The notes under the pieces were generated by a model that saw only the letters and a program-made list of their open reading frames with translations, was not told the DNA's origin and searched no databases. A DNA stretch of 63,771 bases, filler included, from Aduncisulcus paluster (Eukaryota), in assembly GCA_024181965.1 (NCBI GenBank). It is 9 parts of 9 records of this genome, joined end to end, with 100 filler letters (N's around TTAATTAATTAA, not from the genome) between each part and the next. Parts side by side here need not be neighbours in the genome. Positions count along the whole stretch, not along the records: positions 22,216 to 26,725 come from BQXS01000028.1; positions 26,826 to 37,638 come from BQXS01000029.1; 7 more parts are not named here. One strand, written 5' to 3'. This document shows, in pieces, positions 23,202 to 35,400 of the stretch (its first letter is position 1; every line of letters starts with the position of its first letter). The position numbers and the translations under genes were made by a program.

Positions 23202-23856
23202 GTTCCTTTCTACATCCCCCACATCCTCGGTGTCTTCTTCCTCGTGCCGAGATGTTAGAGATCCTCTCTCAGACTCTGTTGACTTGTCTGATGGTTCTTC
23301 CGTTGAATTCAAGACCACCAGAGAGCAACACGACTCTTCTAATCCTATTACCCAAGCTTCCAGTACTTACCTCGATGCCAGTTCTTCTCCCCTTAAACCA
23401 CCTGCTCAAGACACTTCATCATTATCCTCACCTGAGGACTCACCTCGTCAGTTGACGGATACTGCCATTAGTTCTCATCAACTGTACCATTACTCCCGTT
23501 GTAAATTGGTTGATTTCCTTGGTGTCATGTTCATAAAGCTTGCAGATGTGTCTGGTCCTTTCCTTGGTCTCAAGTTGTGCACTCACGATGGCACTGGAGT
23601 TATCGAAGAGCTCTTCCAAGAGGGCGATGGGACTAGAGAAATGGGTCTCCCTGTTCCTACTAACGTTGATCGTATATCGGCTGATCTTGATGCTAAACTT
23701 GCCAATCTTGAGTGTGGATTTATGGATTTCGTGACAAAACCAATATTCACATCCGTTGTTACTCATTGTCCTTGGATTATTGGCGAACTTGCCATTTCAG
23801 GCGCAAAGAGTATCGAGGAATGCCGCTCTCATTTTGGTGCAATTGCTGGAAAGTGA
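22216..23856 (+). CDS. Class I cyclic-nucleotide phosphodiesterase catalytic domain (5'-partial) with a Ser-rich insertion
   Basis: PYHCHKHG, ASHDLRHPG, LERHH, IKLADVS, EELFQEGD, GFMDFVTKP. Confidence 0.88.
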
Positions 23857-24751
23857 GAAAGTAATGGATTCTAAAAATAGAATAACAATCCATTCTTGAT
23901 TGTTTTTTAATATTTTATTTTTTTGTTGTTTTCTTTCTTCTTTTATCTTTATACATATTGACCAAATCGCTGATTAATTGTTTCGATTTTTTTTCTACAT
24001 ATTATATTATATTTATCTCTCTTTATGAAATTTTCATTTTCATATGGTCTCATTTTTTTTTTTTTTTGTTCTTCTCTGGCTTCGATGTTTATCCTCATTC
24101 GAAACCTTGGCTATTGATATCGAGATCTTTATATACATCAATATTATGTTGGATGCAATATACCATGCACACAAATGTTATATTATTTATTTGTTTTTTG
24201 CTTCGTATTCTATCTTTTTCGAAATATCCTCTCCACCTATTCTTCCTTTCTCAAGTCTATTTTTAGACTCATGGGGATGTTGATAATCATTTTTTATATT
24301 ATTCCATCTCTCTTTCAAATATTATTATATATATACTTTAATATATAATTAATATGGCATTGTTTTTTTTCCTCAAGCGTTTTTTATTCGATTTCTCTAT
24401 ATTTATTATTCTAAAATCTATTAATATTCGACCTTTTTTCTTTTTCTTTAAACTCTTTCAGCGAAATTTAATTCAAATTTTGAAAATTTTGAAAAAAAAA
24501 GTTTGTTTTTCATGAATTTATTTTAATTTAATTGTTTTTCCTTTGCAGGGAGCAATAAGATTGTAATGAATCATGAATCAGATTTTATTTTAAGTTTGAA
24601 TCAGATTTCAACAATATTCTTCCTTCTATGACTTCGACTGAGTCTTTGATACTCACTTTCTGATCTTTGTTATTCTCTTGTAGACAATAAACTCTACGAT
24701 ACTGTATTGTAAAAGATCCTTAAGCAAATTTAATGGATAAAGTCAGTGGAT

Positions 24752-26725
24752 TCATTTCTTAACGACAGTTTTAGATTCCTTAGCAAGTTTCATAAGGAGA
24801 TTCTTTGAAGATTCCTTAATGGATGAGCTAGGTTTGCATAAAATAAAGACATTCTCATCCCAAGAACCCCTTACTTTATGGATCATGAGCATCTGATTGA
24901 TCTTTCTCCTCACCTCATCCTCTGAAAGGTCAAACTCCACACAGAGACTGGAGAGTTTGAATGAAGTGTACTGGTGCATCCTTGTGACAATAGAGATCTG
25001 AAGAGCAGAGATCTTGAACCCATATGTCAACAATTCACGCAGGGAAGAGCATCCATCGATCCACCCATTGTTAGGCATCTCATTCCACCCACCAAAGAAC
25101 ATGGCAGTGTTCACAGCCTTCTTCCATTTCCCTTCAAGAAGCAGACCCAGAGCAGATCCAATACAATCACCGTCAACCTCAGTGGCCTGGACAGCACAAC
25201 GCTCGACCCGTTGGATAATTCTTTGGACAGGACGTTGGGCATACATCAACTCATCGATAGGTCCCTGGATATAGGCATTTGCAATGGATGTGGCTTCAGA
25301 GAACATACATGAGAGAGTGAACACAGTGTCGACAAGGTTCTCGTTGATTCGTAAATGCAATGGAATGTACCCATAACTTCTGTATCCTTCCTCTTCTTCG
25401 TTCTTGTTCCCACGTTGCTGTCCAAGATTCACACGGAGAGCACGAGATGTTCCAAAGCAGAGCTCATTGAGACATGAACGCTGGACCTCAGAGAACAGTC
25501 CTTTCCTAAAGGCAGCAAAGGCGATCTGCACAATGACATGGTTCAGGAGAGCTTGGATAAGGTGTGGGGCCGATGCAATGGTGTCCTGGATACGTGTTTG
25601 GAGCAGCATACGACGTGCCTTATAGAAATCTCCATTCATAGCAGTGTTATAGATGTGAGCAAGGACAGTCTTGATCCTCAGATCATCATCTCCGTACTTG
25701 TACACGAATTGAGCCAGTTCAGTACTAAACAGACCTTCCTTCATGCATGGGTGGACATCAACGTTGAAATAGTCTCTCAGAGGATGAGCACAAGGGACAG
25801 GTTCAGTCACAACCATACCCATGCCAAGTGTCTTCTCCCCCTGTTGGTTCCGAAGGATGGTGTACTCACACTCTTCTTGCTCTGTTGATGGCAATGGGAT
25901 CTCTGACTTGAGCAAGAGCTTGCCAGAGATAGCAAACTCACGTTTAAGGATGCTCTGATTCTTATGGTAGATAAGGTTGAGATGTAATGAAGCAATGGCG
26001 GCAATGGCTACATTGAGTGCTTTGATCCTGTCTTCTCTTGAGATCTTAATGGTTGCATTGGCACATTCTTCCTCACTCATTTCAATGACTGACTCCTTCA
26101 TCCTGAGGTACATCCATAACGCACACCGAATGACTTCATGCATCATCATTTCATCGATCAGACGGTCACGATACTCGACACCAAGGGGGGTGACAGTCAA
26201 CGTGTGTATGAGGTGCTGCTGTAACAATACAAGGGCACGGTGGATGAACTCCTCACTTCTACTCTCTGCATTGTGTGAGTGTGAAGAGATGGCATCAACA
26301 GCATCGTGCAGGTTCTCATGGGTCATGATCAGACGAATAAGACGGACAATATCGATCATGGCACGTCTCCAACGACGCCTCAACATGCCTCGGGCATCAC
26401 TCTGAGCAGTGTGGAACAGCAAGTTCAACTCAACCATGATGACCTTGAAATGACGGGCAGGATCAGTGGTGGTCTGTAGAAGGGTATCAACACGGGCTAC
26501 AACCTCATCCTTGCTGCTCTTTCCTTCGTTAAGTTGGAGTAAAGCAGCATCAAACTCTTTGTTAGATGTGATAGCCACTCTACCTTCAACTTGCTGGCGT
26601 TGAACGTCAAAGAAATCAAGGATTCTATTGGAATCAAGATCCTCGTCCTCTGACTGAGAAATCTCATCCTCGACGGATTCTTCTTCCTCTTCTTCTTCCT
26701 CCATTGTGGAGAGATCTTCCTCTTC
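24752..26725 (-). CDS. EIF3C: Translation initiation factor eIF3 subunit C (5'-partial)
   Basis: LAHIYNTAMNGDFYKARRMLLQTRIQDTI…IQALLNHVIVQIAFAAFRKG, PLHLRINENLVD, and a C-terminal PCI winged helix. Confidence 0.85.
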   Translation of the reverse strand, partial: EEEDLSTMEEEEEEEESVEDEISQSEDEDLDSNRILDFFDVQRQQVEGRVAITSNKEFDAALLQLNEGKSSKDEVVARVDTLLQTTTDPARHFKVIMVELNLLFHTAQSDARGMLRRRWRRAMIDIVRLIRLIMTHENLHDAVDAISSHSHNAESRSEEFIHRALVLLQQHLIHTLTVTPLGVEYRDRLIDEMMMHEVIRCALWMYLRMKESVIEMSEEECANATIKISREDRIKALNVAIAAIASLHLNLIYHKNQSILKREFAISGKLLLKSEIPLPSTEQEECEYTILRNQQGEKTLGMGMVVTEPVPCAHPLRDYFNVDVHPCMKEGLFSTELAQFVYKYGDDDLRIKTVLAHIYNTAMNGDFYKARRMLLQTRIQDTIASAPHLIQALLNHVIVQIAFAAFRKGLFSEVQRSCLNELCFGTSRALRVNLGQQRGNKNEEEEGYRSYGYIPLHLRINENLVDTVFTLSCMFSEATSIANAYIQGPIDELMYAQRPVQRIIQRVERCAVQATEVDGDCIGSALGLLLEGKWKKAVNTAMFFGGWNEMPNNGWIDGCSSLRELLTYGFKISALQISIVTRMHQYTSFKLSSLCVEFDLSEDEVRRKINQMLMIHKVRGSWDENVFILCKPSSSIKESSKNLLMKLAKESKTVVKK

Positions 26726-27250
26726 NNNNNNNNNNNNNNNNNNNNNNNNNNNNNNNNNNNNNNNNNNNNTTAATTAATTAANNNNNNNNNNNNNNNNNNN
26801 NNNNNNNNNNNNNNNNNNNNNNNNNCTCTCTGTGGAAGCACAATTTATGATGATTCTCATCGATCGTAACAATAATATTACTCAATTACTGCTATAATTT
26901 ATAATTTTTTCCCTTTTTTTTTGTTTCATGTTCTATTTCCACATCATTCCATCAGAAATCTCCGGCATGTTTAGAGCTGTCACTTGCGATACGCATTGAA
27001 GACTTTTAATTATAAATTAATTTCGATATCCGTATCTATAATCTTTGAAATAAATCTCGCTATACGTTCGATATCTCCCAATGTCGATTTTGGCTCTCTA
27101 TCTTTTGAATGGTTATCACGAATGATAAATAAATATCTTTATTAAACATTATTTGTATTTTTATTGTAAATAATCATAAATTTTGTTTTTGATGATTCCT
27201 CCTTTCGGATTTAGGAAAACCACTTTCATTTTGACACAAGATCATCGTTA

Positions 27251-27567
27251 ATGTCTGCTCATCCAGGTTGGGCTCAATTTGAAATTGAATGGAAAAAGAA
27301 ACAAGGCGAAGCTGGTGACGCTGCTAAGCCTAAACCTGCTAATATTGAAAACAAAGAAGAAATATTGAAATATTTAACCGTTTCGGAAAAATTTCTTGAA
27401 AAAGGAGGTATGTCCTTGTTTGATTTTTGTCTTTGATTTTTTTGAATGTTTTTGGTAACATATTTACTTCCCTATTCGTTTCTCCCAATAATCTCTTCCA
27501 CTATCCTTTAGAATTTACAAAAGTTGCTGAATGTTGTAAAAAAGTATATGCAATTCTCAAAAAATAG
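27251..27567 (+). CDS. Small 70-aa hypothetical protein; exons 27251-27407 and 27512-27567
   Basis: A 104-nt GTATGT..TTTAG intron gives …KFLEKG-E-FTKVAECCKKVYAILKK*. Confidence 0.65.
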
Positions 27568-27701
27568 GATTAATTCTGAATATTCTCTTCATTTCCCCAT
27601 CTATAAATTCCCTCAATATCTAACGATAGAAAACAACACAATAAATTGATCAATCTCAGTGTTTAACATTTACTTAATGAATTCTTGTGTTTTCGTATAA
27701 C

Positions 27702-29137
27702 CTAGAGATATAATCCCTCGGGAATATCCTTATTTTTCTTATAAATAACACTTTCTCTTGCTTCAACAAAATCTTTGTGCGAAACCATCATTCTTCGTTC
27801 ACGGAGAGCCTGCAAACCGGCCTCTGTACAAATAGCCTGAATATCGGCACCGGATAATCCATCCTTAGTGTGGATAAACTCTTCAAAGTTGACATCAGGA
27901 CTCAGAGTCATACGTTTTGTGTGAATTCTAAAGATTTGACGCTTTGTTTCAAGAGCGGGCAAAGGCAACTCAATCTTTCTATCAATACGACCAGGTCTAA
28001 TGAGAGCGGGATCCAATGAATCAATTCGATTCGTTGCCATAATGACTTTGACATCACTTTTGGCGTCAAACCCATCAAGCTGGTTCAGAAGCTCAAGCAT
28101 AGTCCGTTGGACTTCTCTCTGCCCACTACTCTTGGCATCGTAACGTTTGGTACCAACAGCATCAATCTCATCGATGAAAACAATCGAAGGGGCATTATCG
28201 GCGGCCACCTTGAACATTTCACGAACAAGACGAGGCCCTTCTCCGAGATACTTCTTAATCATCTCAGATCCAGTCACACGAAGGAAAGTGGCACTTGTAC
28301 TGTTGGCCACAGCTTTGGCAAGGAGAGTTTTACCAGTTCCAGGTGGACCATATAGAATCACTCCCTTGGGAGGTTTGATACCGACTTCCTCGTAAAGTTC
28401 TGGACGAGTGAGGGGCAACTCAACGGCTTCACGCATCTCTTCAATCTGTTCTTCAAGTCCTCCAATATCAGCAAAGGTTTCGGTAGGGGCCTTATCGACT
28501 TTCATGACGTTCACCAGAGGATCGGCATTATCAGCAAGAACACCGACAACAGCACTAGTACGATGATGCAAAAGAACTGTACACCCTGGGTATAATAAAG
28601 ATCTGTCAACAAATGATAAGATAGGAACACACATCTCAGGTCCTTCGCTAACAATGGCATGATCATCATCAATAATTTCTTCAAGGGTACCAACAGACAC
28701 AGGAGATCCGCGAACACTCTCAAGCTCTTTCATATGACGTTCTTTTAAACTGACGGCAGCTTTGCTTTGCTGCATACGAGAAACAAACATCTGTTCAAGA
28801 AGCAGAAAATCATGAACCCGTTCTGATTTAAGGAGACGTAATTGACAACGTGCAGTAGGGGCATATGCAGGAATCTTTTCAATATTATTGGCAGAGGCTG
28901 CCTTTTTCCCAATTGTCATCTTTTTTGCCGTTTTATACTAAATCAATAAAGATTTAATAAAAAAAGATTGGTAATTAATTTGAAATATTAAATTATATAT
29001 CAATATTAAAAGGGATACGAAACGAGATCAATGTGACAAAAGAACGGAGAATAACATACTTTTCTTTTTTGTTTCTTTGGTTTTTGAGGGAGTTGACCAC
29101 CTCCAGGCCCTCCAGGCTGTGAAAGACCGTTACCCAT
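27702..29137 (-). CDS. PSMC1: 26S proteasome AAA ATPase Rpt2 (subunit 4); exons 29137-29060 and 28937-27702
   Basis: MGNGLSQ…[49 protein letters not shown]-terminal PEGLYL. 122-nt GTATGT intron. Confidence 0.95.
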
Positions 29138-29457
29138 GTTGTGTTATGTCGTCAAGTCAACCCTCGACACTCCAAATCACTCAGCAAAACTGAAAGATAA
29201 GAATCTGAATTTGAAAAATAAAATATACCAATTGATCAAATTGTTATTTATTTTAATTGAAGATTACTTGGTGGCTTGCTTATAAAGAGAGTTGAGTGAA
29301 TAGGCCGATTCTCATGGATATCGATGCTATGATTAAGGTGAATATTTCTGAATTGAAAACTAGATTGGTAAAATTATTATAAAATGTCCTTTTGACCCTT
29401 TACTATTATTACAGCACATCCGGGATGGCCCATCCGATTTGATCACAAACTACAACC

Positions 29458-32400
29458 ATGGGAAAGGAAGCTCCGTTCCTAAATAACTCAATTAGTGCTC
29501 TTCAAAAGGAAGTGAAGGCTAAAAAGGATATTGAGCTTCAATTGTCCTTGGACATTTCTAAAAAACGCATGAGAAAGCTAAAAGGAAGTGATATATTTTC
29601 AATTGAAGATCCTAGTACATATTATTTCCCATTTAAAGTAGCTTGTTTGTGCCGAAAACCAAAATTAATGTCAATTGCCATATCAGCTTTCGAAAAACTA
29701 ATTACCTATCGATTATTGGATGATAAAGGTCTTATTGATGAATATCCTCTATCTGACTCTGAAGAAACTCGTTTGAATAAGTCGTGTGGCCGTGATAATT
29801 TACTAGAACGTGCTCTTCGAACACATCCTTCTGCAACCTCATTGTTACAGGATGCTTTACATACAATTTGTGATTGTGTTCCTTTATGTAGTGAAGAAGA
29901 TTATCAGCATATTATTATTCTGCTTCAAGATACATTTCGCAATACCAACGATCTTCATGGACCTTTGCTCTCTGGAGTCTTAGGAAGTCTTCATCATATG
30001 TATATAAATGGAAATTCTCTTACCTCAAATCTTGTTCTCTCTTTTCTTAAAGATATTACACATCGAATTATTGTTTGTTATGAAAATGATGTTTATATGG
30101 AGCGTATATCACTTAGAAGACGCCAATCTGGCTTAAAATCCCGTAAAAGCCGATCTACGTCGGTGTCTGGGCCAAGTATCCCCATAGATATTGATATTTC
30201 ATCCCCTCCCGATGTGATTTATCACCAAGATGTTATTCTTGTTCTTAAAACATTAATTAAATGGTGTCAGAGAGATGTGTCTACCAATTCTGTGGTAACA
30301 ACAACCAAGACCTCGTTTTATCTTGGATTAACACTTTTGTCACATCTTTTGGCCACATTTGGTCCCCAGTGTCACTCAAACCATGAAATCAAGGCCCATG
30401 TCATCACATCTGTTCTTCCTTTGTCGTTATTCTTCCATGCTCCTTCACATTTGCCAACTTTATTTGTGCAGTTTTCTCTGTTTGAAATAGTCACCCATCT
30501 ATATATATCTGAAACCTTCGTCCATGCTTGTCTATTTTTAGATCTCGTAATCCTCCCGATATGTCGTTCCTCAGCAGCTTCATTAAACATCCGTTTCATG
30601 GCATTTGAGATGCTTGGACGTCTTCTTGGAGTTGCTCCCTCAATTATTGGTTGGATTCGTGATGGAGAGCGAGTAATTCCCCATGCATCTCGAATCCAGA
30701 GCCATAGAGAACAAATGCTTAGAATTGCAGACGAATGGAAGATTGCCCGCGATAAGGCTCATTCTATTGACTCTGAAGATTCCTCCATCGATGGCAAATC
30801 AGCTCCATATTTCTCCCCAATTTTTTCTTCCCCCTCTCTGTTATCATATACCATGTCCTCTCTCTCTTCTCACAACCAACTACCCCCTGGAATGGATGTA
30901 GAATATGTGAGCCGGAGTATGGAATCTGTACGTGCTTTCTATCATTTCGACACTGGTGAGCAGGATGATGAGGAGCTTGAGGAAGATGAAGAAGAGGGGA
31001 AAACTCCGCTTCTGCCGACTCCTAAACCATTGAGTATCATGGACCTGTCACTTCCTTGTCTCTCTCCCTGGTGTTTATTACATCCTTCTCTCCCTCCATT
31101 CGATCCTTCTTTCTCCATGCCGATATCATTCTATGTTCTCTCAGATTGTAACACTGGAATGGGGCATTTATGGGCGTCGATAGTCGAATCCGTCCTTGAT
31201 GTCCTTCGCGTTGGTCTTCCTTCCCTTTCAAACACTACCCCTGGTTCCTCTTCTGGGTCTGCGTCTTCCTCGGAGCTTGCATCATTCTCATCCCTGGCTT
31301 CCTTGTCAACAGACCCCGTCAATGCTCTGTGTCGTTGTGAGAGTGTATTTGGGTACAAACCATCCGGGTCTGATCGAAGCAAGTCATCTCCAGGTGTGGG
31401 TGTGGATGGTGAAAATGGTAGCACCACACCGTCCTCTTTCCCTTCTCTCCCCGTGTCAGCTTCTTCTTCTATCTCAATGCCCACTTCACCACAGCCTCCT
31501 GTGCCTCTTGCGGGTATCTTATACGAGTCCGTTGTTCGCAATAAGGAGAGGGAAAGGACTGAAGACGATGAAACGAAAGATGAATCTGTTGCCCCTGAGA
31601 AGGATCGTATCTCGTGTTCCCTGTCTTCCCACCCATTTCTCCGAATCTCCCCTGCCCCGTGTCTTTCTGCTCTCTGTGTATACATATTCACAGGACTCCT
31701 TGATTCATTGAAGGACTGGGAGAGAAGAGCAGAGGATGCCTATGAAAAGAAAGTGGCTTCAGGAAGTAGTATGAGTGTCCATGAAGAGGATTCCCTCTTT
31801 TCAATTCCTATAACCACAAAGGAAAAAGAAGGAAAGGATTTAGAATTAAAACCTGAGGTTAAGGTGAAATTTGGAGATCAAGATCACACTGGTGATTTGG
31901 CCTTTTTGACTCCACTTCCTTCCTTTTCTTCACTAATTACCTCTCCTCCGCTCCAGTCAAAGTCAGCAACCAGAAAGTCAACTAAGACAGTTGAGGCTAT
32001 CCATCCAACCCCTGGCTCCAGTGAAACCCCTGAAAAGACTGTATCAAAAGACGACACCCATCTGTTGTCATATCCTTCGTCTTTCCTGAAGCTCTCTGCG
32101 ACTAAGAAGCAGTGGGGACAAATATTCCGTCTGTTCAATGGTCAGAGTTCTTCCAAACGTGAACAAGCTACCGATCTTCTGAAGTTACTTCTCAAGGATA
32201 AGGTAACAGAAATGGAGAAAGCTGAACAGGAAAGAAGAGCCACAGCACCAGAAAAGGAAGGAGAGATTGAATATCCCTCAGATGAGATGTTCAACCACAT
32301 TTGTGTTGAACGACTTATCGCTCAACTTTTGCTTACTTGTGTGGGGATTGATCATCAAGACACACCAGCCATCTCCTCTGGAACCACCCCAGTATCACCG

Positions 32401-35400
32401 ACTTCATCTGCACCGTTGACTTTCTTTGCCCCATCTGCCATTGGAACTTACCTTGCAGATAGGAACAATACTTTGTGCATGAAACATTACATCGAACTTT
32501 CATCTCACGACTGGAAAATGCTTTCTCCAGAGGCTGCAATGAGAAAGTTTCTTTCTAAATTTAGAATGCATGGAGAAACACAAAGCCAAGATCGTGTGAT
32601 TCAAGCATTTGCTGCTGAGTACTCCCGTCCCTGCAAACTCTTCCCGGATCCAGTTCTGAATGACTACGACACGGCCTATGGTCTCTTCTTCTCAATGATT
32701 ATGTTGCACGGTGACATTTATTCCCCTGTGAGTACCACCCGTAAGATGACAAGGGAACAATATATTCGTAACACAAAAGGGATAGACTACTCCGGCCGTG
32801 GTGATCTCACGGATGATCTCCTCGGTGAAATATTCGATAGTATTACAAAGCATCCGTTTGGAGGTGATGCTGTCCTTAATGGAACCGAATGGAAGAAGGT
32901 AGGTGACGATGGGATAAAAGGAGAGGAAAGCAGTGAAGAGAGTGACGATATCAGTGTAAGTGATGAAGAGAAAAGGTATGCTTCATCCCCTCTCCCACTT
33001 CCTCTCTCTTCTCTTTTCTCAGTTTCTCTTCCTTCGTTGAGTGGTGCCGCTTTCAGCCATTCTTTTAGAAAGATATTCAAGGAAGATGCCGAGAAGGACA
33101 TTATGTGGCATTGCATGTGGAAAAGTCATGAGATTGCCAGGCGTTGTATTCGAGTTACCCGGGAGCAGCAAAAGGAAGAACGTGAAAGGGAAAAAGAAGA
33201 GAGAAGGAAAAAACGGGAAGGTCACCCCGAATCTCCTCACGTCATCTCTCCGTTATCCCCCATCTCGTCTTCCTTCCTTGCTTTTAGCTACCATCGCATT
33301 CCTTCTCACCTTTTCCACATCTCTCTCCCTCTGTTCTTGTCCCTTCTCTCCCCACAATCGATATCATCAATGTCTCACATCCACCGAATCCATGCTTGTT
33401 CTTCCTCAAAACCTAAAAATAGACCAACTGGTCGGTTCGGAATCAAGTACTCGAAGAAGGATGGAAATTTGAATCATGCTTGTGAGTACACGTCATCTTT
33501 CCCATCTTCTGATAGCACTGAAGGATCTTCTTCCTCCACAGAACTGAGTACTCCGTCTTCACTGGTGACTCCCTTGTATATTTGTGAGGGAGTCAATGCT
33601 TACTTCTCGATCGCTCTCTCTTTGAGTCAAACTCGTCTCAATTCTGCTGTAATTATGGATAATCAAAGTCCCAAGGATCCACATGAAGAGGAAGAGGAGG
33701 AAGAAATCGACGAGGTGAATTTGGATACCGAGACTCAAGCCCTCTCACCTTCTCCAAAGTCTTCTATTACTCTCTCTGAGAAACACAAGCCCCGTGATTC
33801 TGTCGTGTCATCATTTGTTCCTCTCTCTTCCACCCTCAAATGTGTTATCTATGAGTGGGTCCGCATGTGTGGATTGTCAATGAGCAAAGAAAAGCGTAGT
33901 GGAGTGAGTATGAGTCTAGAGGAACTCGCCAGGAATGAGAATGGTCGAAACCTCAGAATATCTGATATTGAGAATTGTAAGAATTCTTCTCTGAGTCTTT
34001 CTGCATTGTTTTGTTCCCTTCCTCTCTCTTTATCCTTGCCTCCACCTTCCTCTCTTCCTCCTCTCTCATTCTCCCTGTTTTCTAACATTCTTCCACTCCA
34101 TGCATACTCTCTCTCCTCTCTGTGTGAGTGTTTGTGCCTTAATTCGACTGCTGAGTGCACAAAAGAAGTCTGGGAATCAATCTTGGCTCTTGTTTCGGTT
34201 TGTGATAGAATTAAGAGCTCTAGATTCGATTCTTCAAAGTCAGAGAGCCAAGAATCATCTATGACTGGTTCATTCTCACACTCACACACCCAATTATTGG
34301 AATACAACCAGCAAATTCTGTGTGAGTTTCTTCCTTCCTCCACAGTGGATGGCCTCTTCTTTTCCTCTGCGTCTCTCTCTCCTTCTTCTCTTTTCTTCTT
34401 CATGTCGGCGCTTATTTGTGTGAGTAACATTGAAATTGCCGAGAAGACAAAAGCTACATCTCTGCAACGAATTGTTGATACAACATGCTTCAATTTCAAC
34501 AATCGAGAAGAGGATGTATTTAGAAGATTGTGGGAGGACGTGAGTTTCCATTTCATTTCCACTGCAACTTCTTCTTCGATGGCTCTCTCTTTGTATAGCA
34601 TTGATGTCATGAGACAATTACTCAAACGTTACATGATGGAATGTCAAAGTGCTTGGGCAAAGGGACGTTCATATCAGACGATATTCATTAAACCGTTGTC
34701 AACAATCGCTTCCCGTGTATCTCATACTCCTTCTTTGTCGCATGTCCTAGAGTGTATTGATGAATGTGTCACTCTTTTCTCCGAAGTCCTTGTCCCTCAA
34801 GCCTGGGAAGAGCTGTTACAGTGCATTGTACTGTGTTTAACTAATGTCCAAAGTTGCACTGCCCTCACTGAGTTGGAAATGAACAGCGTGATCGAAGAAA
34901 CACAAAGAGAAAGGGAAAGAGAGTCACATTCAAATGCATCCATGGCGAAACATCAACAAATGCAACAAGAAGCCATTGTTGCGGAGGCCAAGGCGAAAGT
35001 GAAGAAGGCGAGGGAAAGCCAACACATTATATCTCGCCATTCGTGTCTGATTATCCACAAATTTGTCACATCAGCACTCCATCTGTGCTCTTTCTCGCTT
35101 CCTTCTATCCTGAACGTCTTGCGTCTCTTGCAGAGACAACGAGTTGTCGAAGAAGTTAGTGTGAGTGCTGTTGAAATGATCGGGACTGTTGTCGGCTTCT
35201 TTGTTAAAATGGGAATAAGCCATGAAGAAGTTGAACGGAGAGATCCCAAGAAACAGAAAGAAATGGAGAAGAAGACTGAAGATACTAATGAGGCAAAAGA
35301 AGAGAGGGGAGATGAAGGTGAAGAAAAGGGTGATGACTCTGAAAGCAAAAAGAAAGAATCCCAATCTTCCTTGTTCTCTTTAACTGTGTTCCCTTCTCTC

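Noticed and set aside
23958-24283. Phe/Ile-rich ORFs
   Set aside because: By-products of T-rich non-coding DNA.
29314-29414. Possible upstream exon and intron for the Sec7 gene
   Set aside because: The candidate splice is out of frame with 29458, and there is an in-frame TGA at 29440.
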